From: an uncultured Bacilli bacterium
Lineage (GTDB): Bacteria > Bacillota_I > Bacilli_A > RFN20 > CAG-631
Direction of reading: 5' to 3'
Length of the DNA stretch: 64,000 nucleotides
NCBI GenBank assembly: GCA_934201705.1
Contig: CAKPXF010000001.1
Coordinates: forward strand, 173,361 to 237,360
This document shows positions 50,111 to 59,284 of this stretch, piece by piece; the stretch's first letter is position 1, and each line of letters opens with the position of its first letter. Below the pieces are notes generated by a model that made no database searches, was not told where the DNA came from, and was given only the letters and a program-made list of their open reading frames with translations. The position numbers and the translations under genes are program-made.

Positions 50111-51439
50111 CTACTTAATTTTGTTTTTTTCTTTATATGGCAATTTGTAAAACTTAAATAACAATTCTTTGAAGTTAAAAGGAATAAAAGGATATAAGTA
50201 ACTTATATCAAAGGAATGGATAGTAACCATGCTTATAAACATAATTGTTGCAAATATTATAAAACCAATTTTGAAAAATAAACCAACAGAGATTGTTAAA
50301 ATAATATTCCACAGTGCCATAGCTCTACTAGTTTCATAATTACTTATAGCATAAGTACATATCGATGATAAAGCAGCATAGAAAACTACCTCAGATGATA
50401 ATAAACCAGTTTTAATAGCAACATCACTTAAAATTATTGATGCAAACAAGGACATTGTAGTTGATAAAATAGAAGTTGAATTAAATGAGGCTAAGCGAAT
50501 AGCATTTAAAAATATTTGGATTGATAAAACCTGTAAAAATAATGTTTTTCTATCAATATCCTTTAAAATTATTATTGTTTTAAAATCGCTTTTATTATCA
50601 AGGCATAGGATAAACCAAATTGGAAGTAAATAAACTCCAATAAAAAAGCATAAAAATCTAAAGAGCCGGTTAAATGATGAAACAAAAGGAGGTAATTGGT
50701 ATTCTTCTAATTGCTCATTTAATTCAAAAAATGATGTTGGAACTATTATACAAGAACTGCTAGTATCAACAAGTAAAACAACATATCCCTTTAAAAGATG
50801 AATAGAAGCAATATCTGGTCGTTCAGAAAAGCGAACCTTTGGATATATTTGATAGTTTTGCTCAAAGATTATTTCAGCTAAGGCTTTATCAGCTAAAATT
50901 AATGAATCAATATTTATTTCATTTAAACGTTTTTTTATTTTATGTACTAATTCTTTATTTGCAAGGCCATCTATATAATTAATACTTATATCAGTTTTAC
51001 TTTGCTTTCCAATTTTAACTAATTCACATCTAAAATCTTTACTTTTAATTCTTCTTCTAATTAAAGCAGTGTTTGTTAAAATAGATTCATTAAAGCCATC
51101 ATGTGATCCTTTTAATGATTTTTCAGATTCTGATTCATTAATACTTCTTGATGGATAATTTCTCGTTTCCACTATAAAAAAATCATCATTACTATAAATT
51201 ATTAAACAGCCACTAAAAAAGAAAGTTGTTACATTTTTTAAATCATTATCCTTGACTATAGAGCCATTAAGAAAGTTTTTCAATTTCTTTAACATTCCTT
51301 CGATTAAGTAGTTAACAATCTCATTATTAACTAGGCTTGAAAGGTAATATATTGTATTGTTATTATCGATTTTCCTTTTTACAACATCATAGTTAATATT
51401 GTAATTAATTAATTCTTCAAATTCATTTAATGTGTTCAT
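50111..51439 (-). CDS. spoVAF: GerA-family spore germination/sporulation membrane protein (SpoVAF-like), last gene of the spoVA-like cluster
   Basis: GerA signature SERPDIASIHLLKGYVVLLVDTSSSCIIVP and C-terminal TM bundle; overlaps spoVAE stop. Confidence 0.7.
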   Translation of the reverse strand: MNTLNEFEELINYNINYDVVKRKIDNNNTIYYLSSLVNNEIVNYLIEGMLKKLKNFLNGSIVKDNDLKNVTTFFFSGCLIIYSNDDFFIVETRNYPSRSINESESEKSLKGSHDGFNESILTNTALIRRRIKSKDFRCELVKIGKQSKTDISINYIDGLANKELVHKIKKRLNEINIDSLILADKALAEIIFEQNYQIYPKVRFSERPDIASIHLLKGYVVLLVDTSSSCIIVPTSFFELNEQLEEYQLPPFVSSFNRLFRFLCFFIGVYLLPIWFILCLDNKSDFKTIIILKDIDRKTLFLQVLSIQIFLNAIRLASFNSTSILSTTMSLFASIILSDVAIKTGLLSSEVVFYAALSSICTYAISNYETSRAMALWNIILTISVGLFFKIGFIIFATIMFISMVTIHSFDISYLYPFIPFNFKELLFKFYKLPYKEKNKIK

Positions 51440-51792
51440 GATTTTGGCTTAAATAATAAAGAAGCAATAAATGCTAAGAAAACTGCAAAAGAAATTAAAG
51501 TCCCACATTTACTAAAAACGCCAGTAAATATGCCAATTATTCCCACATTATCAACAGCTTCTTTTACACCTTTCATAATAGTTGAACCAAAAGATGAAAT
51601 AACAATACTTGCTCCCATAGAGGCGAAGTTTCTTAAATAATCATACAAATTAAAGAATTCTAAAACAACACCAATCACGACAAACATAGAAGTAACATGA
51701 CCAGGTGTTAGTTTTGTATTATCGATAATAATTTGGGCAATCATACAAACAATGCCACAAAATAAAAATGAAAACAAATACGTTAAAATCAT
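51436..51792 (-). CDS. spoVAE: Stage V sporulation protein AE (SpoVAEB-type small membrane protein)
   Basis: ~118 aa 3-TM protein; start ATG overlaps spoVAD stop (TAATG); RBS GGAGGTG. Confidence 0.7.
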   Translation of the reverse strand: MILTYLFSFLFCGIVCMIAQIIIDNTKLTPGHVTSMFVVIGVVLEFFNLYDYLRNFASMGASIVISSFGSTIMKGVKEAVDNVGIIGIFTGVFSKCGTLISFAVFLAFIASLLFKPKS

Positions 51793-52790
51793 TAAATATC
51801 CACCTCCAATACAATAGCATGGGCAATACAAGGGATACTTTCTTTTTGCTGAAATGAAATCTGAGAATGCAAAGCCCCAGTACCAATTACTAGTACTTTT
51901 TTATAATTATTTTTAATCATTTGATTTATAATATATGAAAATGTTACACACATAACACAAGCTGGACCAGATCCACCAGCGTAGGTATTTTGCCTATCAT
52001 CATCATAAACTAAATTACCACAATCATAATATTTATCTTTAATATTATAGCCTTTGTTAGTTAGTTCATTTAAAAAAACGCTTGATCCAAATTTAGATAA
52101 ATCGCCAGTTACAATTAAGTCATAATCTGAATCAGTCTCCTTGTTATTAGTTAAATGATTAATAAATGTGTCAATAGCAGCAAATGCCATACATGTTCCC
52201 ATATCATTAACATTATTTGACAAAATATCAATTATTCTACCAATTGTAGCCTTACTTATTTTAAATTTATTTTTGTTGTTTGCTAAAATAAGAGCACACG
52301 CTCCAGTTAATGTTGAGGTTGTTGTTTTTTTGGCAATGCTTGCATATTCTATTGGATAACGAAGCTGCCTTTGAGAAACGCAAACATGAGAGCTTGAAAA
52401 AACTAAAGCACTAGAAATACTTTCAAGGTTTAGCATAATTGATGAAATAATTATTCCAAGTATACCACTTGCACAAGCAGCATAAAGCCCTATAAACGGA
52501 AAACACTGTTCTTTTATTGCTGATGTTGATGAAAATATTTGATTAGACAAATCACCACCAATGGAAATATCAATATTATCTAATTTGAAACTTGATTTTT
52601 TAATAGCTATATTTATAGCAGCCTTAGCAAGTTTACTCTGAGCCTTTTCAAATGTTTTCTCTTTAAAGTAATAATCGTCAATATATCTATTAAAATATTT
52701 TCCTAATGGACCATTTTTTTCCTTTTTTGAAACAATTATACCAATTGAATCAATATAAACATTTTTAATATCAAAACTTTGACTTTTCAT
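51792..52790 (-). CDS. spoVAD: Stage V sporulation protein AD (thiolase-fold DPA-channel component)
   Basis: Start at internal ATG (MKSQSFDIKNVYIDSIG...KEKNGPLGKYF matches SpoVAD N-terminus); ATGA overlap with spoVAC. Confidence 0.8.
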   Translation of the reverse strand: MKSQSFDIKNVYIDSIGIIVSKKEKNGPLGKYFNRYIDDYYFKEKTFEKAQSKLAKAAINIAIKKSSFKLDNIDISIGGDLSNQIFSSTSAIKEQCFPFIGLYAACASGILGIIISSIMLNLESISSALVFSSSHVCVSQRQLRYPIEYASIAKKTTTSTLTGACALILANNKNKFKISKATIGRIIDILSNNVNDMGTCMAFAAIDTFINHLTNNKETDSDYDLIVTGDLSKFGSSVFLNELTNKGYNIKDKYYDCGNLVYDDDRQNTYAGGSGPACVMCVTFSYIINQMIKNNYKKVLVIGTGALHSQISFQQKESIPCIAHAIVLEVDI

Positions 52791-53236
52791 TTGATCACCT
52801 TGGTTAAAAAATAAATAAACCCCAATATTATTGAACTTACAATTCCATAAGTACAAACACTGCCAATTAAAGAAAACATTTTCCCACCAATTCCAAAAAT
52901 TAAACCTTCTGCTTTACCCTCAAGCGCAGATGAAGTGATTGAATTTGCAAAGCCTGAAATTGGAATGCTTGCTCCAGCCTTAGCAATTAAAGCAAAACTA
53001 TCAAAAACTCCAAAACACGTTAAAACAAATGAAATAAAAATTATTATTCCACTTGTTAAAACGCTAGCATTAGTAGTATCAATATTTAGTTTTTTTGTAA
53101 ATATTTCAAAGAAAAGTTGGGAAAATATAGCTATCATTCCACCATAAATAAAGGCATAAATACAATTTAATATTTTATGATTTTCTTTGGCATTTTTTTT
53201 AATTATTTTTTGTATTTTTCTTTCTTTTAAAATCAT
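52787..53236 (-). CDS. spoVAC: Stage V sporulation protein AC
   Basis: 149 aa 4-TM protein with SpoVAC-like GIGGKMF/GF motifs, immediately after sigF. Confidence 0.8.
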   Translation of the reverse strand: MILKERKIQKIIKKNAKENHKILNCIYAFIYGGMIAIFSQLFFEIFTKKLNIDTTNASVLTSGIIIFISFVLTCFGVFDSFALIAKAGASIPISGFANSITSSALEGKAEGLIFGIGGKMFSLIGSVCTYGIVSSIILGFIYFLTKVIK

Positions 53237-53273
53237 ATAATCACCAATTATATTATTGAGTGCTTATATATTT

Positions 53274-53984
53274 TTAAACAAATTGTTTTTTTAATTTTTC
53301 TAAGATTTTCTTTTCTAGACGTGATATTTGAACTTGAGATACTTTGAAATATTTGGCAATTTCTTCTTGATTCATATCCATGTAATAACGCATTTTTATT
53401 AATAGTTGTTCTTTTTTTGTAAGTTTTGATAACTCATCCTTTAAGGTTAATTTATCAATAAGTGAATAGTTTTCTTTTTCATTTATTCTTTCTTCAATAG
53501 TTATTTCTGAACCATCCTTTTCATATATTACTTCATTTAAGGATGTTGGAAAATATCTTGAATCAATAGCAAGGACAATATCAGCCTTGCTTACATTTAA
53601 GGATACAGCTAATTCATCAATACTCATTTCCTTATGGTTATTATTAAAATATTCATCAGCTAATTTGTTTATTTTTTGATTTAACTCTTTTATTGAGCGG
53701 GAAACTTTTAAGGCACCATCATCCCTAAAATGCCTTTTTATTTCTCCTAAAATTATTGGAACAGCATATGTTGAAAAGCAAACATCATATGATGTGTCAA
53801 ATTTATTTATGGCTTTAATTAAACCAATACAACCAATTTGAAACAATTCCTCTTTGTCATAAATTGGATTATTAAATCTATGCACTAAAGACCAAACTAA
53901 TGATAGATTTTCTTTTACTAATAATTCTTTAGCTTCTGCATCATTATTTTGGGCTTTTAATATATATTCTTTAACACTGTCCAT
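53274..53984 (-). CDS. sigF: RNA polymerase sporulation sigma factor sigma-F
   Basis: Sigma-70 regions 2-4; follows spoIIAA-spoIIAB; 236 aa. Confidence 0.85.
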   Translation of the reverse strand: MDSVKEYILKAQNNDAEAKELLVKENLSLVWSLVHRFNNPIYDKEELFQIGCIGLIKAINKFDTSYDVCFSTYAVPIILGEIKRHFRDDGALKVSRSIKELNQKINKLADEYFNNNHKEMSIDELAVSLNVSKADIVLAIDSRYFPTSLNEVIYEKDGSEITIEERINEKENYSLIDKLTLKDELSKLTKKEQLLIKMRYYMDMNQEEIAKYFKVSQVQISRLEKKILEKLKKQFV

Positions 53985-54404
53985 TTAATTACCTTTAATT
54001 GTTAAAACCTTTTTAATAATTAATTTTGTACCTTCATTTTTTTTCGATTTAATTTGAATATCATCGCAAAGTGATTTAATAATTGTAAGACCAAGCCCAC
54101 TTCTATTTTTACTTGAATAATTAACCCTTAAGGCATCGGCAATATTAGCAATTCCTACTCCGTTATCTTTGATAATTAATGTTAGCTCAGCATTATTTAA
54201 AAAAGCGCACACTTCAACTATTTTTTCTTTATCTTGCTCATATCCATGAATAATTGCATTACTAATTGCTTCACTAGCAATTGTTTTAACATCAATTATA
54301 TCATCAATAGTACAATTAATAGTGGCTGCAAACAAACCAATTGTATTCCTTACAACTGATTCGTTTTCAAGTGTGGCATTAAATCTCAATTCAATTTTAT
54401 TCAT
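53985..54404 (-). CDS. spoIIAB: Anti-sigma F factor / serine kinase SpoIIAB
   Basis: GHKL ATPase N-box (EAISNAIIHG) and G-boxes (DNGVGI, GLGL), 139 aa; 8-nt overlap with spoIIAA. Confidence 0.85.
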   Translation of the reverse strand: MNKIELRFNATLENESVVRNTIGLFAATINCTIDDIIDVKTIASEAISNAIIHGYEQDKEKIVEVCAFLNNAELTLIIKDNGVGIANIADALRVNYSSKNRSGLGLTIIKSLCDDIQIKSKKNEGTKLIIKKVLTIKGN

Positions 54405-54756
54405 AGGCTTTTATTATCTCCTCTTTAATGTTTTCATATATTTCCTCATATGTATCAATAATTAAGGCAATGCCAGATATGGCAAGTGTCTTTTTTATTT
54501 GATTATTTACACCACAAATTATTACCTTTCCGTTATATTCATTAACCTGCTTATATCTTCCGAGAATTAAGCCTATTCCACTTGAATCTATAAAACTTAC
54601 ATTGTTCAAATCAAATATTACTAATTCATAGCTTCTTCTTGCTAATATTTCAACAATACTGGCTTTGTATTTAATGCACAATAGATTATCAAAATCACCT
54701 TCAACTTTAAATACAATTACATCCTTACTATTTTTCATAGAAATGCGACTGTTCAT
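54397..54756 (-). CDS. spoIIAA: Anti-sigma F factor antagonist SpoIIAA (STAS domain)
   Basis: STAS fold with phosphorylatable DSSG motif; RBS GAGGTG 8 nt upstream. Confidence 0.8.
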   Translation of the reverse strand: MNSRISMKNSKDVIVFKVEGDFDNLLCIKYKASIVEILARRSYELVIFDLNNVSFIDSSGIGLILGRYKQVNEYNGKVIICGVNNQIKKTLAISGIALIIDTYEEIYENIKEEIIKAYE

Positions 54757-54840
54757 TATATTTTCACCTCATCAATAATATTACACTATTTAAAAAAAAC
54801 TTTTGTCTGATTCAACATATAGTGAAAAAAATAGAAATAA

Positions 54841-54847
54841 TTCGACA
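54841..54847 (-). promoter_or_regulatory. Candidate Spo0A box (TGTCGAA) ~85 nt upstream of spoIIAA
   Basis: Plus-strand ttcgaca = reverse complement of 0A-box consensus TGTCGAA. Confidence 0.3.
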
Positions 54848-54938
54848 AAAAAAGAAATAATACTTGTGATAAATAAAAAGTATTTTGTTTAAACCATTTT
54901 TTAATTTATAATATATTAAAAAAAGAGGAGATAAAATT

Positions 54939-55337
54939 ATGGACTGTATTTTTTGTAAAATAATAAATAAAGAAATTCCAAGTTATAAAATTTATGAGGA
55001 TGAATACACTTATGCATTTTTAGATATTGCTAAGGATGTTGATGGACATACATTAGTAATTCCTAAAAAACATTTTATTAATGTATTAGATTGTGATGGA
55101 GAAACATTAGCTCATGTTATGAATACTATAAAAAAAATTGCTAATCATTATGTAAATGATTGTGGCTTTGATGGTGTAAATATTTTAAATGCTAGTGGAG
55201 TTAGTGCTCAACAAAGTGTTATGCATTTGCATTTTCATATTATTCCTAGAAAAAATAATGATAATATTGATGGATTCCCACATTTTAATGGAGCTAAAGA
55301 GGAATTAGATTACTACTATAATTTATTAAAGATGTAA
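54939..55337 (+). CDS. HIT-family nucleotide hydrolase
   Basis: Histidine triad HLHFHIIPR, 132 aa. Confidence 0.8.
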   Translation: MDCIFCKIINKEIPSYKIYEDEYTYAFLDIAKDVDGHTLVIPKKHFINVLDCDGETLAHVMNTIKKIANHYVNDCGFDGVNILNASGVSAQQSVMHLHFHIIPRKNNDNIDGFPHFNGAKEELDYYYNLLKM

Positions 55338-55340
55338 TTT

Positions 55341-55994
55341 ATGGATAATAAATTAAGAATTGATTATTTAAGTAATCATATTGATTATAAGGTTGTTCAG
55401 CATAAAGATATGTATCATTTTAATACAGACACTTGCTTGCTTGGCGAGTTTATTAATATTAAAAAAAATGATACAGTTTTAGACGTTGGCACAAATAATG
55501 GGGCTTTATTAGTTTACATTATAAAAAAAGGTGGGATAGCAACAGGAATTGAAATCAATGCAAAGGCTTTAGAAATATGTAAATTAACGTTAAAGGAAAA
55601 CAACATTAACGCAACATTGATAGATGGAGATTTTACAAACTATAATTTTAAAAGCAAATTTGATTGTATAGTTTCAAATCCACCATATTTTACATTTAAG
55701 GATAAGCAAACAAATAAAAATGAAAATAAAAATATAGCAAGGCACGAAAATAGTTTAACTATAGAAAGCTTGTGTAAAGCTTTAAAACAAAATTTAAAAG
55801 AAAATGGAGTTATCTATTTAATATATAAGGCAAATAGAATAGATGAATTAGAAAAAGAGTTAAATAATAATAGTTTATATATAAATGAATTACAATATGT
55901 TTATAGTAAGGTTAAACCAAATCCCAAAAGCGTTTTAGTTAAAGCATCATTTTATAATAATGGAAAAATAATGCAAGATAATAAATATATTTAA
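55341..55994 (+). CDS. Class I SAM-dependent N6-adenine methyltransferase, tRNA1(Val) m6A37 (TrmN6/YfiC)-like
   Basis: SAM motif I LDVGTNNG and catalytic NPPY (VSNPPYF). Confidence 0.65.
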   Translation: MDNKLRIDYLSNHIDYKVVQHKDMYHFNTDTCLLGEFINIKKNDTVLDVGTNNGALLVYIIKKGGIATGIEINAKALEICKLTLKENNINATLIDGDFTNYNFKSKFDCIVSNPPYFTFKDKQTNKNENKNIARHENSLTIESLCKALKQNLKENGVIYLIYKANRIDELEKELNNNSLYINELQYVYSKVKPNPKSVLVKASFYNNGKIMQDNKYI

Positions 55995-56129
55995 TGTCTA
56001 ATGTTGCGTTAAGCATATCATTGGTTTTAGAATACATTAATTATAAAAAAAATAACAACTGAACAGTATAAAAAAATGATATAATTAAAAATGAAATTTT
56101 TATTTAAACTAAAAAATAGGAGGTTTAAA

Positions 56130-58055
56130 ATGAAAAATAAATATTTATTAATAGGATTAGCATCTTTTTTATTATTAACAATGACTACTAGCTGTAAGAA
56201 TAATAATAATGAAGAATTAATTGCAAGTGATGAGACATTTAATGAAGATTATAAAAATATAGTAGAGCTTTCAAAATTAAATAAAGAAAGCAAAGAAAAT
56301 ATAATGTATTCTGAAATGGATTTTGGACAATTTGATAATGTTAAAAATCAAGCGTTATATTATAATAATGTAATCGATAATGACAAAAGAGAGGGCTCGG
56401 CTTCAGAAACTGATGATTTAAAATACATATTTTATAACAATGATTACTTAAGATTTGTTAATAGATCAGATGGCTATGCTTTAAATTTAAAAACTAACAC
56501 AACTGTTAATGGCGATTTTTCTGTGGCTAAATATAGAAGCAAAATATATAATCGTGATTTTACCTTAACTGTATCGAAGGAAAATGTAAAGCCAGAGGCC
56601 TATACGTGGCAAACATATAGAGATGAGTGGCTATTAAGATATATTAATAATCCGGAATACTTAAATGATAATAACTTAAAGTATTTATACGATGTCGTAT
56701 TTGAAAATAATGATATTTTAGCTGGCTTTAATGTGTCTATGTTTTCAATTCAAATTTTAGATCCAGGATTGATTAGAAAATCATATTATAATATTGCTAT
56801 TATAAGAGATATGAGTACATTTGAATTGTTTGGTAATAACAAAACTCGTACATTTTACCAATTAATTTTAAAATCAACTACAGATATGTATAGTGATTTT
56901 GTAGAAATGATAAAATCATTTATGATAATTGAAAGCGTTGGAACTAGTAGTAATCAACTTGGTAATTTACCTTTAAAAGTTAATAAAAATTGGAATGATG
57001 AAACTAAAAGATATTTTGAAAAGCTAACTACTCAGCAAAGAACTGATTGGGGAATTTATACATACAATATTAATAAGCCACTTGAATTAAAAACAAAAAT
57101 GACAGAATTTGAAAAGGCAATTGATTACAACTTTGATATTACCCCAACATATGCTCATTTATATGAGGTGTTTGCATCAGATGGAGCCAAATCAACCGCA
57201 GGAGGAAATGGCTATAATAATCGAAAAATATTACAATATTCATATCAATTTACAACAAATAATAACAACGTTACAGCCGCTAATAAAACAGAATGTGAAA
57301 CACCTATGTTTGATATTTTACGCGGACCTATTAATCAAGATAGAACTAAATGGCTTGAAGGTGAAGTTAGAGATTTAATCATGGGTAAATTTGTAAGATT
57401 AGCTAAAAATATAAAAGATTACCATGAGCCTATTTTATTTAGGCTTAATAATGAAATGAATACAGATTGGACAAGCTATTGTGGATTGATGACTTTAAAT
57501 GACCCGGATATTTTTATAGCTACCTGGAGACGTTTATATAAGATATTTGAAGAAGAAGGCGTTGATAACTGCATTTGGATTTTTAATCCTGTTGAAACAT
57601 CAACACCATTTAGCAATTGGGGTGAGGATATGAGTTATTTCCCTGGAATTGATTATGTCCAAGCCTTAGGCTTAACTGCCTATGAAGACAATAATAGTAA
57701 TAATGTTAATTCATTTACTTTTAGAAATGATTATACAAGATATTATGAAAAAAACAAGGATTCTTGGAGTGCTTATCCATGGATTATTTCAGAATTTGGC
57801 TGTGGAGCTGGCGGAAATGCTTCTGGTGAACGCTATAGAAACCAAGCATCACAGGCTAATTATGTAAAAGGAATGTTTGCTGACTTTAATGACAGAGAAA
57901 ATCATCCTTATTTACAAAACATTAAAGGTGCAGTATGGTTTTCAGCAAATGATTATACAACAAATGGTAAGGTAGTTAATCAATACGAATTAGTTATTGA
58001 TAAGCTTCCTAAAACTATTCAAGAATTAAAAGATGGGTTAGCTAAGAATAAATAA
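56130..58055 (+). CDS. Lipoprotein glycoside hydrolase of clan GH-A (GH26-like, mannanase-type)
   Basis: Lipobox LTMTTSC; acid/base NEMN and nucleophile WIISEFG motifs; start ATG 56130 after RBS AGGAGG. Confidence 0.5.
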   Translation: MKNKYLLIGLASFLLLTMTTSCKNNNNEELIASDETFNEDYKNIVELSKLNKESKENIMYSEMDFGQFDNVKNQALYYNNVIDNDKREGSASETDDLKYIFYNNDYLRFVNRSDGYALNLKTNTTVNGDFSVAKYRSKIYNRDFTLTVSKENVKPEAYTWQTYRDEWLLRYINNPEYLNDNNLKYLYDVVFENNDILAGFNVSMFSIQILDPGLIRKSYYNIAIIRDMSTFELFGNNKTRTFYQLILKSTTDMYSDFVEMIKSFMIIESVGTSSNQLGNLPLKVNKNWNDETKRYFEKLTTQQRTDWGIYTYNINKPLELKTKMTEFEKAIDYNFDITPTYAHLYEVFASDGAKSTAGGNGYNNRKILQYSYQFTTNNNNVTAANKTECETPMFDILRGPINQDRTKWLEGEVRDLIMGKFVRLAKNIKDYHEPILFRLNNEMNTDWTSYCGLMTLNDPDIFIATWRRLYKIFEEEGVDNCIWIFNPVETSTPFSNWGEDMSYFPGIDYVQALGLTAYEDNNSNNVNSFTFRNDYTRYYEKNKDSWSAYPWIISEFGCGAGGNASGERYRNQASQANYVKGMFADFNDRENHPYLQNIKGAVWFSANDYTTNGKVVNQYELVIDKLPKTIQELKDGLAKNK

Positions 58056-58175
58056 TAAATAATTAGGCCATTTTAGAAGAAATCTAAAGTGGCTTTTAAA
58101 TTAAAGTTTATATTTTGTTTACTTGTTAAAACAATTTAATTATAATTATATATGATAGTTTAAAGGAAGAATTGT

Positions 58176-58691
58176 ATGGTTGGTCAAGAAATTGTAATTG
58201 TTGCGTTTAAGCATAATGGAAATGTTCATAGAACATGGTATCAAACTTATTTAATTGAAGAAAATGATGAATACATTGCAGTTGGCAGTACGCATTCGTA
58301 TGTTGTTGAAGCAGATGGTAGAAAATGGCATGCTATAGAGCCGGCTGTATCAATATTTATGAAAAAAAAGTGGTTTAATGTTGTTTGTATGATAAAAACA
58401 ACAGGAATAAATTACTACGTAAATATTGCATCACCTTCAATTATTGAAGATAATGTTATTAAATATATAGATTATGATTTAGACTTTAAGGTTGATAGTA
58501 ATTATTATATTAAAGCATTAGATGAATTTGAGTATAAAAAGCATAAGAAAATATTTAATTACTCTGATGAATTAGATGAGGTAATTAAATATAATTCTAA
58601 AATAGTTAAGGAATTAATTGAAAAAAAAGAATTTCCATTTAATCATGATTTAGTTGATGAATTATATAAAAAATATTTATTACAGGAGTAG
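58176..58691 (+). CDS. DUF402-family nucleoside tri/diphosphatase (YgaC/Ntdp-like)
   Basis: 171 aa; similarity by eye to B. subtilis YgaC fold segments. Confidence 0.6.
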   Translation: MVGQEIVIVAFKHNGNVHRTWYQTYLIEENDEYIAVGSTHSYVVEADGRKWHAIEPAVSIFMKKKWFNVVCMIKTTGINYYVNIASPSIIEDNVIKYIDYDLDFKVDSNYYIKALDEFEYKKHKKIFNYSDELDEVIKYNSKIVKELIEKKEFPFNHDLVDELYKKYLLQE

Positions 58692-58699
58692 ATAGTATT

Positions 58700-59284
58700 A
58701 TGTATAGAACTTATAAGCCAGGCTGGATAGAAGTAATTTGTGGATGTATGTTTGCTGGAAAAACAGAAGAGATTATTAAAAGAATTAAGGTTTTTGAATA
58801 TGCTAAAAAGAATGTTATAGCAATTAAGCCAACTATTGATAAGCGTTATTCTGATAGCATGATTGCCTCTCATGCTGGTAATTTTTGCAAATGTATATGT
58901 GTTGATATTCATGATTTAAAAACTATAGAATCATATATAGATAATGAATCAATCGATGCAATATTTATTGAAGAGGTACAATTCTTTGATATAGGAATTG
59001 TAGATATTTGTGAAAGATTAGCAAATTCCAAAAAAAGAGTAATTGTTTGCGGACTTGATACTAATTTTAAGGGTGAACCATTTGAGGTTACTGCTGCTTT
59101 ACTTGCTCGTGCTGAATTTGTTACTAAGCTAACTGCAGTTTGTACTCAATGCGGAGCTCCAGCAACAAGAACTCAACGCTTAATAAACGGAAAGCCTGCT
59201 AAATATAGTGATCCTGTAGTGTTAGTTGGCGCATCTGAATGCTATGAAGCAAGGTGTAGATTTTGTCATAAGGTAATCAAATAG
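58700..59284 (+). CDS. tdk: Thymidine kinase
   Basis: P-loop CGCMFAGKTEE, C-terminal zinc ribbon CxxC...CxxC, 194 aa. Confidence 0.9.
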   Translation: MYRTYKPGWIEVICGCMFAGKTEEIIKRIKVFEYAKKNVIAIKPTIDKRYSDSMIASHAGNFCKCICVDIHDLKTIESYIDNESIDAIFIEEVQFFDIGIVDICERLANSKKRVIVCGLDTNFKGEPFEVTAALLARAEFVTKLTAVCTQCGAPATRTQRLINGKPAKYSDPVVLVGASECYEARCRFCHKVIK

